Shown here: positions 35,101 to 47,645 of the stretch, piece after piece
How positions within the stretch are numbered: the stretch's first letter is position 1
Layout: each line of letters begins with the position of its first letter
Assembly (NCBI RefSeq): GCF_000143415.4
Contig: NW_003314273.1
Location: forward strand, 2,666,719-2,730,718
Source of the DNA: Selaginella moellendorffii
Lineage: Eukaryota > Plantae > Lycopodiophyta
DNA: 64,000 nucleotides
Direction: 5' to 3'
Position numbers and translations under genes: made by a program
The notes under the pieces: generated by a model
The model's input: the letters and a program-made list of their open reading frames with translations, nothing else
Told to the model about the DNA's origin: nothing
Databases searched by the model: none

Positions 35101-37067
35101 GCATTGCAACCCAAGTCTTCCAATAGCAAGTCTAGACAAAATGGTTTAGCGCTTCATCGCTATCCATCCCATAACTTACCATTTGCAAGACCATCATTTC
35201 CAATATGCATCAAGGTAGGGACTCTTGATTGCATAATATGAACACGAGCAATGAGTTACATTTATTTGCAAATCATATTTCCAAAGAGAGAAAATGATTT
35301 ACGTGTTTGATTCTCCATCCCTGACGATTCTCTTTTCAGTCTCATCTTTGACTAAACCTCAAGCTTGCTTTCGCATTGCCTTCAGTCCAATCCAAAAAAA
35401 AGTTTATGAGAGAGCACAACAATGATTACTTGAACCAATAAATTAATCCCTATAGTTTTGATTGATCCACTTATAATCATGCCTAGGAAGGATTCACTAG
35501 TGTCGTGCTAAACAGCTACGGACCAGCCTATTTGCCACTCATAGCAAACTCAAGGAAGGTTTGCTTTTACCCACAGTACATGGAACAACTTATGGAACCA
35601 CTGGAACAACTCATGGAACCACCAATAGGCTAACATTCCACTGATAGGCTAACATTAATCCTACCAACTCAAAGTGTAACCTTGAGTTGCTAATGTGCGT
35701 AACACACGAGCCCAAGCGCAAACTCATGCAAATGGAGCATCTCAAATCCATCCTATGAGCCCAAGAGTAAGCTCACATCATAAGGTACAACAAGGCAACC
35801 AAATCCATACCCAAAAAACCAATGCAAAGTCTTTGCACCCAAATGTGTACCCACTCGGATCATCGTTTTCATCTCTACGTATGCAACGAAACTAGTTGCC
35901 CAATCTCATTGGATAGTACTCACCGAGACTCATTCTCTGATACCAAATGTAGTGCACGTGGTTTTGACCCTTTGTCCTATGGTGATTTACCATAGGATAA
36001 CACCACAAAGTGGAACCTAAACCCTCTTTGTGCCACGTGACAGATGCCACGTGTCACATGCCACGTGTCCAAAGGAATGTGGTGTGGAACCCGAGGTTCA
36101 GGGCCTTGAGCCACTGAATGAAGGAACGGTGCCAAACTCCCAAGCATGGAGCCAAGGCGGACCATGGAGCAACTCCCGAGCATACAGCCCAAGGAGCAAA
36201 GGGACAGGAGCCCGGAGTGACTTGGAACAGTCCTGGAGCAACCATCATCCCAATACCAGGACCAGCATACAAAACGGAGCCAAACGGAGTCTGGTGCTAT
36301 TTCGGCATACCGGTGGCCTAACGCAAGGACATGGGTACTCCACCAGCTAGCATAGAATGGAACTTGGGCTTAGACCCAAGCCGGATGCAGAACAAGGACA
36401 GGCACGCAAGCGGGAGTTAGATTCTGCCTCAGGTTAGTCGGTCATGCCTGACCTACCCACTATCCTTACTATACATTTGGAACCCCCCATAGCCCGCCCC
36501 CCCTTGGGGAACACATGCTTTGGGCTTTCACCCTAAGCCTCCCTTAGTATCAAGAGTTAATCTCTGGGACAAGCTCGAAACTTACCAAATATGGAATGTC
36601 TTTAAATTGCGAATTTGGACACGAGATGAACACCATTGTGTTCAGGCCGATCTCTACATTCTATAGATATGCCAAATGAGCAAATCTGGACACTTTCCAT
36701 AAATAGCATTTGGGACCGAAATGAGACTAACACAAAGAGCATGATAATGAACGGTAAGCTATCATGTAGCGATATTGAGGGACTAATCTCAATATGCGAG
36801 GGTTCTTGTCACTAACAAGTGCAAGACAAAATGAGATGGGAACTCCTTACCAGGCTAAGTATGTTTAGCTAATAACACGTAGAAATTCCATCTTTATGCT
36901 TGTCCAGTCTAAGTACACTCGAAATGCCCAGTTAACTCCACTAGCACAAGAGGGACTGATAAAGGGTCCAGCAATACCGACCTTTTGCCATCGTGGCAGT
37001 AAAGTAAGAGTGTTCGTAAGGACTGGTCGATAGGTAACTTTCGATACCCAAAGTCACAATCGTGACA
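29178..37067 (-). mobile_element. LTR retroelement with paired ~1.12 kb LTRs (29178-30304, 35948-37067) and a decayed, non-coding interior; non-autonomous
   Basis: TG...CA LTRs and TSD GTGGC at 29173-29177 and 37068-37072. Reversed tRNA-Met PBS (ctctgatacca) just before 35948 and reversed PPT (ctttctccccct) after 30304. Confidence 0.92.
31233..31842 (-). mobile_element. TRIM (610 bp) nested in the LTR element; 162-bp LTRs at 31233-31394 and 31681-31842
   Basis: TSD ATAAC on both sides. Reversed Met PBS ctctgatacca at ~31668-31678 and reversed PPT ctcacccccccttc at 31395. Confidence 0.93.
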
Positions 37068-39846
37068 GTGGCTCAATGGCAAGGTGAGGCATGGGATTCT
37101 CCTAAATAGTGTAATGCTCATAAATGCACCATAAAAAAATGAAGACTCTTGTCTTCACTTACCTTCCCTTGCCTACTTGTAAAACAATATTCTTCATTTC
37201 GGCCATAAATCCATTGTAGGCAAAATGAGCTATATTTATTTGTTGTCCAGCCTCAATAACTTCCAATAAGTAAGCCTAGTATGATAATTAGACTTCAAGG
37301 AGGTGAAGTTGCCTCCTCGTCCAAATATGTAATTTGGAAGGACATATTGATCAGGCATGCGATCTAGAGAAGGGAGAAAAAAAAACAAGCTTGAGGATTC
37401 AAGCTTAGGAAAGTAAACTTGAGAGGTTCAAGGTTAGGACTATATTCCTAACCTTGACGTGAGCAGTAGCGATTATAAAAGTAGGACTTAGAATGTTTTT
37501 AGACTTATCCCTAATACAAAATACATTGCAATACATCGTCTTTTTGCCTATCTCTTCGGCTCTTCACAGCAATGTCTTACTTACCCACCACCTTCAAGGG
37601 ATCAAAGACGTGGGACTAACACCTTCAAGCACATGTTCACAGTCTCTACTTGGCTTGGCACAAGCAGGTAAGTGCACTCTTCTTGTAGTGTAGTTTTAGT
37701 TTTAGGGACTAGATTAGATTTGAAACTCCTAGGAAAATCTCATGTGGACGTTTTCCTCCCAGTTTAAAGATTCCAGGAGTTTTCACTGGCGACCATGGAG
37801 GGATAGAGCAGATCAAGACGATCATTTCCCCCAAAACTTCAAGGAAAACGGACCAAAGACGCATAAGAAAATGGCATAGGAAGAAAAAGCCCCAAAAATC
37901 AAGAAAAACAAGACCGTAAAACAAAAACGGTGGAAGAGCATGAAGGAATGAAGAAAAAAATGGAGCGTAAGACCAAAAGATGAAGAACACTTGAAGATTG
38001 AAGCCACCCAAGTTGTGAAAAACTTGGAGCATACGCGTAACTGTTTTTGGCGAGAGGTTGAAGAAAGCGAATATTCCAAGGATCTGCAATAAGGAAATGA
38101 CCAAGGGAAAATTCTAGCAACTGGAGATGCAGGAAGAATGAAAAAACACGACTACCCATTTGGAGACACAAACTGTACATGATACGAAGATTGCCTTTTG
38201 TGTGGTTTCAGAAATTGTGCAAAACCGTACAAGCAATGCTATCCAAAATGGCGATGTGACACTTGCAAGCAAGCAAAAGCTAGACTCCGAAGCAGGGATG
38301 AAAATGCCACAGCTGAGGAGAGAAGGAAACGAGAAGAAATAGCCCAAGAAAACGACACCAAAAAGAGAGACGATAGTTTAGAACAAGCAGCAAAACAAAG
38401 CTTTAGTTGCTTATAAAAACTTCAAGAAACGATTCTGCGACTCTTCTACAAATTTTCTAGCAAATAGGAAGGATGCAAAAATGAGGAAATGTTGAAAGAA
38501 AAATATGTTTACTTCGATTTCTTTGCAACTTGAAGAACCCTGACTTAGGTGTATCGCAGACACCTCTTTCAACAAACAATTGTCGAATTCCTAGGCATAC
38601 ACAAACATGAAACTTTTCAACCATTAACATTTGCTTTCAACATTGATTTGACAAGAGTCATAGCAACAACAGAGTGTGGAATTTTTGAACCACAAATTCG
38701 TTGGTTTATGGACACTCTTAGATTTAGAGATTTCGAAGAGAACGCGGAATTACTTTACCGACTTCTTCAAAGTCCTCTTTGTGTAACGCTACCAACAAGC
38801 ACTCTTATCGAATTATATGCTATAGCATATTGGCACCGTTTAGGACGGACGAGAATAGCTAGAGAATTAAGAAATCAAGGATAAGGCCATCAACAAATTC
38901 AAATTCGGAATTCGAGTTTAAGAAACTGACGGGAACCTGAACTTGCATCAAGTTCAAGGGAACAACTTGAAAACTCAAGGATAACAAGTCGAAGGAGGAG
39001 AAATTTAAGACAAAATCACAATAGGCCAAGATTAAATATAATAACAAACTTCAACTTTGACACTGAGGTCCAACGTCGAAACCCCAGCCTAGAGCTACAT
39101 ATTACTCGCAATCAACAAGGAAGAGTGTGTCCAAGTAGTCTCAACATTTTAAGGAGTATTTTAGGAGATCCTGCGTCAAGGATTCAAACTTATAATGCAA
39201 GAGTATTAATTGAGACTATCCCTTGGGAAGTTCGTGAAGCGATCGACTCTGATCGTGAAAGAGAATGTGATATACGACAGAGGGAAGTAGAACACCACTG
39301 GCAAGAACAACATCAAGGAAATGCACCATCACAAAATCAACCATAGAGAAAAGCGCGCTGGATAAATCTGCGCACACATAGGCTTAAAGCAGCAAGAATC
39401 TGTTGGAAACTATACTGTGACGTGTGGACGTCATTAGAGACTAGAAACATACAAGAATTAGGACATTAAAAATACAACCACTGCTGTATTCAACATTTTC
39501 AAATATTACCAACGACTGGGAAACACAAGAGCTCATAGTGAGAGCTCGCATTCCAAAACAACCAACACATCGTAAGAGATTAAAACAATTGTTCAAGATT
39601 GGACTACTAGAAAGAATTGCAATCATTTGCATACCTATTTGATCCCGAAGTTGGCAAGCAGTTTCCAAATTTACTAGCGAACAGCTATATCGATCAATTT
39701 ATGACACAACTGACCTCCTTCCACAAACACAATTGTACTTACTTACAATACCAGATTTTTCAAATACAAGACCTTTCCTAAGCTAGACTCAGGAAAGTGA
39801 CCTCGAGAAGAAACTCGGGAAGAATTGAGAAATAAAAACTCGATTG

Positions 39847-40037
39847 AAGACTCAAGACACAAAAGCTTGGCTTCGCAACAAAACCAAACTTGTAGAAGAC
39901 TCAAGACACAAGAGCTTGACTTCACATTTATACAACAAAACTAAACTTGCAGAAGACTCAAGACACAAGAGCTTGACTTTGCATTTCTACTACAAAACCA
40001 AACTTGTAGAAGACTCAAGACATAAGAGCTTGACTTT
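39847..40037 (+). repeat. Tandem ~57-bp repeat (gaagactcaagacacaagagcttgactt...caaaaccaaacttgta), ~3.5 units, in the Gypsy leader
   Basis: Units start at ~39847, 39895, 39952 and 40009. Confidence 0.9.
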
Positions 40038-40467
40038 ACAATCTATGAAGAACAACATTTGACTCAGGACAACTTAGGCAAAACATAAATTCAGGAAACT
40101 TACCTCAACATTCAAGTTGAGAAAACTTAGCAAATTGAATGTACAAACACAAACCAGACCCAATTAAGATCCGGGAAAGAGATCTTCGACAAAAGAATCG
40201 AGAAGTGAAAAAAGAAGGGATAGAAAAGAGAAATTAGAGCAACAATAGCAATAAATTTTAGAAACGATATTAGAGAAGTACGACAAGGAGGATAAAGAAA
40301 TTCAAGTTGCCGAGTCGAGCAACCTAGCCAAAGATAACAAAGAACTAAATATCGAAAACGCCCCAGAGTTTGAGGCATTTGAAGAAGCAGAATACATAGC
40401 AGCAAAGTTTTACTCAAATCCAAACTCACCAGAACAACAATTTCACCAACAAAGCCTACAATTTCAA

Positions 40468-42100
40468 ATGGCAATCATCAATCCAGTGACAGCCATAGGG
40501 AACATGATTTCCTATCCCATTTTTACTGGTGGAAAAACCGAAGATGCAAACCAGCATCTTAAACAATTTAATCAAATTGTAAAGATGAACAAACAGGAAA
40601 TGCATCGGGAAATACTTTTCCCATACACACTTAAGGGAAAAGCACTCGATTGGCATAATACACTTGATGATGCTTTGACCCATGATGAAAAGGTCACACA
40701 ATTTAAGGAGCAATTCCAGACCGGTGGAACTCCAGAAGAACACTATGAGATCATCAAAAACTTCAAGCAAAAATCATGTGAAGGAATTCAAGATTACACT
40801 CGAAGATTTAAGTTTCATGCAAAGCATTGCAAGGATTTGATAACAGATAAAGGAAAGAGCTTATCCTATATCCAAGGACTAAAAGAAATCTATAGAAACA
40901 TGGTAGCAATTGCTGTTACAACAGAGAATCCAGATGATGAAAGTGTTGATACACTCTCCAAAGAAATCCTCACATTGGAAAAGAGATTCAAGCAATTCAC
41001 AAAAGCTATACCTTCACAAACCGATGACGGTTCAGATGATGAAGAAGAGGAAGAAATACGCATTAAGACAAAGAAGAAAACACCAAAAGACCAAGACTTG
41101 AAGGATATAATCAGGAAAATCTCACAAACCGAACTCAAAGCAGGAGTGTGGTGTACAAAGTGTAAAAACGAGGGATATACATATTCGGAATGCAAATTAC
41201 AGCTTCCAAAGTGTCAAATTTGTGAAAGAGAAGGCCATACAGCCAAGAAATGCCGATACAGGAATACAATGGAAGTTTCAAGAATCGAGAATGCTCCTCG
41301 ACAAGAGCCCAATCCTCAATATCAAGGAAACTGGAATCAAAACACGCGACCACCACGAAATCAACCTCCAAGATATAACAATTATTATCAACGTGATGAT
41401 AATTTGTATAATCAAAGACAAAATTATTACCAGCGAGACAATAGCAACTACAATAGAATACTCCCTCAAGATCAAAGACCAAACAACTATACTGGAAATT
41501 ATGGAAGAAACTACAATACATATCAGCAATGTAATGGACCTCAGGACAATTATCAACATCCTCCCCCATGAAATTACAATTATGATCAAGAACCATATCG
41601 GAATTATAATCAAAGACCACCCCAGGCTCAAGGTTACAATTACAACTAACAACCTGCACTGCAGCAAGATAATCATCCTCGACAACCTTACCAAAATGCA
41701 AATCGCGAAAATAACCAAGGAGTAAACAATCAGGCTCCGAGGCCAAGACCACCAGCAGCACGGAATGTTGAGGTGGAAATTGATGAACCACAAACTTTTG
41801 AAGAACCAGCAATACGAACTATCACGAGACAACAATACAAGTATCAGCAACCAAATAATCTGGAAGAACAAGATTACAATGATGAAGTTGAAATTATCCC
41901 AAAAACCAAATGGAAGAAAAGCAAGAAAATATTACAAGAAATTTAGGCTGAATTGCAGGAACAAGAACCATAGGTCATTGAAGACCATGACAAACTATCT
42001 AACGATCATCAAACAACAAGTTTCTCTTAAGAAGAGCACACCTCACTTGCAGAACAAATACTGTAATATGGAATCACATTAACCTTACAACAAATACTTC
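40468..42100 (+). pseudogene. gag: Gypsy gag with two Zn knuckles and an N/Q/Y-rich region; interrupted by stops
   Basis: PIFTGGKTED, FPYTLKGKALDW, CTKCKNEGYTYSEC and CQICEREGHTAKKC. TGA at 41569. Confidence 0.85.
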
Positions 42101-42249
42101 AAATAGCACCATATCTTAAGAGCCAAATACTAAAGATTTGTTGTCCACAAATTCCTGATGCTCACACTCAAGAAAAGCAATTTCCATCTAAAACTGAGAA
42201 AGAGGATAACGTAAAAATCCAACCTGGAGATTACGATGATAATGTACCT

Positions 42250-45200
42250 TGTATTGACCTCAACATAGGCAAAAATCAAATCAATGGAGCAATACTCAAT
42301 AGAGGCTCGAGTGTGAATATAATTGAGCATGGTATATGTAAAGCAATGGGACTTGGACCTATACAACCTACTCCCTTCAATGTCCGCATGGCAGACCAAC
42401 ATGTTGTAAGACCAGCTGGCATAATAAGAGATATCACCATTGGAATCAAAGGACACAAGTTCAAGATCAACTTCGTGGTATTAAAAATGCCAATTGAAGA
42501 ATCCTCTTACAAACTCTTGCTTGGAAGACCATGGCTAAACAAAGTAGTTTATGCTCAATATTGGATGGACCATGAAATTTGTATACAATCAGACAAAGGA
42601 CAAACGAAAATAGCTACAACTACGACCAGAAAAATTCCGAAAAGATTTCAACCAATTCAAGCCCAAGGATACAATTGGCAAGAAGGCTTGGACGACTTTG
42701 AAGAAGCCAAACTCCTTGAAGCTTACCCAGAGCTACGAGCTTTTCAAGAAATCGATTTACACTATGTACTACCAATAGTGGCTCAAGACCAGCACCACAA
42801 CTTAAACTTGATGGACCAACCACTCTACTCTACAAAGCTACATGCTCAAAGTCAACAAAGATTAAAGATAAAACAACAAAACAAGAAGCCAACTCTCAAG
42901 CCTGAACAATTACAATCTAAAGAATACAACATTCAGATTGATGATAATCCAGCCCTACAATCTGGAAATGACAATTTTACACCTTGAATTAACCTCAATG
43001 AAGAAACTGAAGAACTCAATCTTGGACTTCAAGAAGATCCACACAACATACTCATCGCTGCAAATCTTGACAAAAACTTCAAGATAAAAGCTCAACAATT
43101 ACTCATAACCTACAAGGACGTTTTCACATGGTCATACAAAGATCTCAAGGGAATACCCCCGGAACTATATACACATCGCATAGAGTTACTACCAGGAACA
43201 CGACCAATTAAGCAAACAGCTTATCGCATGAATCCAAACTTCGCTGATAAAGTCAAAACAGAACTCAACAAACTACAAAATGCTGGATTCATTTACCCCA
43301 TCAAAATGCACAATGGTTGTCACCATTGGTTATCGTCCCGAAAAAGAACGGCAAATTACGCATTTGTGTCAATTACAAAAAGTTGAACAATGTGACGGAA
43401 AAAGACTCGTTTCCTATACCATTCTCAGACGAGATACTCGACGCAGTTGCAGGACATGAGATGTACTCGTTCCTGGATGGATTTTCAGGATATAATCAAG
43501 TTCACATAGTGCCAGAAGATCAATACAAGACTGCTTTCATAAGTCCATGGGGCGCATATGCATACTCCAGAATGCCATTCGGATTAACGAATGCACCATT
43601 TACTTTTCAAAGGATAATTACTGACACATTTCAAGAATACTTGACTGATTTTATGCGCGTCTTCATGGATGACTTCAGCATTTTTGGAGCAAAAGAAAAA
43701 CATCTTGAACACTTAAAAAAGTGTTTCATTAAATGTCGACAAAACCGAGTTGCACTTAATCCAGAAAAGTGTATTTTCTTTGTCAAATCAGGAATACTCC
43801 TTGGCCATGTCGTTTGTAAAGACAGAATTCTCATTGACAAAGCAAAAATAGAGGTCATCATCAAAATGACTCCACCCATGGATTTAACGAGTTTGCAAAG
43901 ATTTCTCGGAAAAATGGGTTACCATAGACGTTTTATTCAAGACTATGCAAAGATTGTTAAACTGCTCACGGAGCTACTTAAGAAATCTCAAGTTTACGCA
44001 TGGACACAAGATTGCCAATTGGCCTTTGACACACTTAAGGATAAGCTTACAAAAGCCCCCATACTAGTTCAACCAGACTGGACACAGGAATTCATTGTAC
44101 AAGTAGATGCATCTGATTATGCACTTGGAGCTATACTTTGCCAGAGAAAAACAGATAATAGAGACCATCCCATATACTACACAAGCCGCAGACTCTCCCC
44201 ACCAGAGATGAACTATACAACCACGGAAAAAGAGGCATTAGGAATGGTCTATGCACTCACCAAATTTCGACATTACCTCCTTTCAAACAAAGTCAAGATC
44301 ATGGTTGATCACCAAGCACTCTTACACTTACTCAACAAGACAATACTCACTAGAAGAATTGCGCGATGGTTTCTTCTACTTCAAGAATTCAACTTTGAGA
44401 TTATTCACAAGCCAGGCAAACAACATATGCAAGCTGATCATCTTAGTTGACTTCTCACGGGAGAACAAGTCACGAAATCCAACGATGACTTACCTGATTC
44501 ACACCTTTTTAAGGTCACAACTCAAGGAATGCTCCAGGATATTTACAAATTCTTGACGACAACCAAGATCCCAAATCACTACTTCATAAACGATCAAAGG
44601 AAACAATTCGTCTTAAGGACACAACGATATTCAGTCATGGGAGGCAAACTATATAAGCTTGGACATGACAACATCTTGAGAAGATGCATAGAATCACAAG
44701 AAGAGATTAAGGATCTACTCGATGAAGCTCATGCAGGACGATCGGGAGGTCATTTTGCCAAAGAAATTACGGCCAGGAAAGTGTTACAAGCTGGATTATG
44801 GTGGCTGACACTCTGGAAAGACGCCACTCAGCATTGTCAAGAATGTGACATATGTCAAAGAACGAAATTTCCACCGAGGAAACAAACTCAAGAACTCAAT
44901 CCAACAACAGCATTGGAACCCTTCCAGCGTTGGGGACTTGATTTTGTTGGACCTATAGCAAAAAGTAGCAAAGGCAATCAATACATTTTGGTTGCTACTG
45001 ATTACATGACAAAATGGGCAGAAGCTCTCCCACTAAAGAAAGCCACAGCGAAAAATACAGCCAAGTTTCTCTATGAAACAATTATAACACGATATGGATT
45101 ACCACGGGAAATTGTTATAGATCGAGGAACACATTTTCTAAATGAGACCATCGACATTCTCGTTAAAGAATTTATCATCAACCATAAGAAGTCAACACCA

Positions 45201-46013
45201 TATTACCCCCAGGGTAATGGACAAGCAGAATCAACAAACAAAACGCTTAAAAACATACTCAAGAAAATAGTCAAGACAAACCTTAAGGATTGGGATGAAA
45301 GAATTTATGATGCTCTTTGGGCATATAGAATAACTTACAAAGTTTCAACAAATTCTACACCTTTCAAGCTTGCTTATGGCCTTGAAGCGTTAACACCACT
45401 AGAGTACACAGTACCATCCTTGAGAATGGCCATTGAACTTGAAATTAATCAAGAAGAATCGATCAAGAAAAGACTCGCAATGCTTGAGAAACTCGATGAA
45501 GAAAGACTAAGTGTAATATGGACAATTGAAGCAATACAAGCTAGAAGAAAAGCTTATCACGATCGCAAACAGGTCAAGAAAAACAAAGCGTATTACAAAG
45601 TAGGAGATCTTGTATTATGGTATCGTGGCAATATGGATAAACTTGGAGGAAAACTCGTTCATCAATGGGAAGGACCATTCAAGATTACGAGTATACAAAT
45701 CCCAAGAACAGCAAAACTTGTAACTTTAGATAATGAAAAATTGCAAGTCATTAACTTGAACAAATTGAAGATTTACAAGCAACCACAAGTGCTTCACACT
45801 ATGGTGGAATACCAAAAATTTCAAGAGAAAACATTCAGAGAAATCAACGAAAACACATTCAAATGCATGCAAACACTTAGAGAAAATTTGCCTCAACAAG
45901 AATGGGACCTAACCCTAATCTTGGCGGCTGTGAGCCGGGATCAGGAAAAAGGGAGCCCACTAGGGGCAAACAGTGACAAGACTGTAGCGATTCTTGGTCT
46001 GGTGAAAGCATAG
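42250..46013 (+). pseudogene. pol: Gypsy pol (protease, RT, RNaseH, integrase) with stops/frameshifts
   Basis: Protease ILNRGSSVNII (catalytic D lost) and LLLGRPWL. RT LDGFSGYNQ and FMDDFS. RNaseH VDASDYALGA. Integrase H-H-C-C, GLDFVGP and YYPQGNGQAE. Confidence 0.92.
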
Positions 46014-46018
46014 CTTCA

Positions 46019-47645
46019 ATGAGGACTAGAGTTGGGACAAGGGCTTCATGCTGTCCATGGGAAGAGGAAGAACCGATAGAACTCTCCGACGAGGAGAATA
46101 AGGTATGCACGGTTTTCCAAGTGGGCAATCCGGTATGGTCTCGTGATGAGACTCTTGATGCATGGTTGCGAAAGCATCAACTCTATGGCTTTTCGGTCCT
46201 GATGACAGCTACGACAAGCACCGACCAGCAGGGAATCGAGAGGAAGATTATCGATTTTGCGCACGGAAAAATCACGATTGAAGAAGAAGACTTCGCCAAA
46301 GCTCTTTAGCTACCAAACAGGGGAAAGCAAGTGACAGCTCCGCGAGACAGAGCCATTGATCCGGAGATCATGAAGTGTGCAGCAAATTACAAGACAGCAG
46401 CGTCTCTACAGCTCTCCAATGTGAAGGAAAAATTCTGAGGGATTTTTAAATTCCTTCTCGCAACATTGGAATTCCAACGCACGGCGACATCAGTGAGCAA
46501 GAACATTGCCTTCATCTACGAGGACCTGAACAATGGAGTTCAGGTCGACTTGGGAGTATATGTTTACACCAAGTTCCATAAGGAACTCTCACAGGTTTAC
46601 AATACGCTGGAGAGTAAGAAGAAAATTACAACAACGTTGTTCCTGTATATTGAGGCTTTGTTAGTCAACAATGACAGAGCAATGGTGATCGTCCCTCACG
46701 CCCAGGTGAGGGCAGTGAAGGAGAAGCATGACCATAGCAACGGGAGTGAGGCACAGGAAAAAGAGGATGAGGAGCAAGACGACCAAGAGGAGGCGCAGGA
46801 AAAAAGAGTGGAAGTACAGGATGAACAAGGAGAATTCCAGAAGGAAACTCCAAAGGAGCAGAGACTTGTGGAGCGTGAGAACATGCAGGAGGAACTACCC
46901 CATGTCGAAGAAAACCCAGAGGGTCACATGCAGGAAATTCCACCGCCAGAGATACACACTCAAGACGAAAGCACTCAAATCGACAAAGCTGATCCGAAGC
47001 AGCTCCCTGAAGCTCAAGTTTGCAGTCTTGAGTCAGCAACACAGGACTGTAACCTTGAGCCCGAAACAGTTGTGATAACCGCCACGGCCAAGGACAACGA
47101 CAAGGGTTTCGACGAAGCAAGTCACGAGCTCTCACCAATCGACGAAGCTGGCAAGATGGACAACCGTGGACAGCAGGATGGAGCAGAGCGACACCTCCAC
47201 AACTGCCCTCCACGCCACTACACACTGGAGAAATGAGGCCGCAAGGAGCAGGATCGCAGCAGTCATGGCAACAAGCTCCCCCACAACTTCCTGCAGCAGT
47301 ATCATGACTCAAAGCTTGCCGTGTACACTCGCGAAGGCATCGAAAGCTTCTACAAGAAGACGTTCATCAAGCCGATGGAGCAGCACCTTTCCAAGCTTGA
47401 GGATGGATTTAAGCAGCTGAACGCCGCCATCAAGAGCATTCGCAGTCATGGAATCCCGACTTCGAAATCCTGTAAGGAATCTTTTGATCTTGCGCAGTAG
47501 TACGAGCAGGAAAATGCAAGGCTCAACAAGGAGCTGCTCGCAGCAAAAGAAAGAATTCGCGCACTCGAGGAAGCAGCTCAGACTTATGACGAGGAGGAAG
47601 AGGAGGAGGAACCGCATGAGGGAATGGCTACCCACGATGCAGTGA
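46019..47645 (+). pseudogene. Extra ORF downstream of integrase (Athila-type ORF3/env-position gene), disrupted
   Basis: Successive ORFs 46019-46309 and 46466-47236 share a frame across stops. Globular N-terminal part, acidic linker, coiled-coil-like end. Confidence 0.6.
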
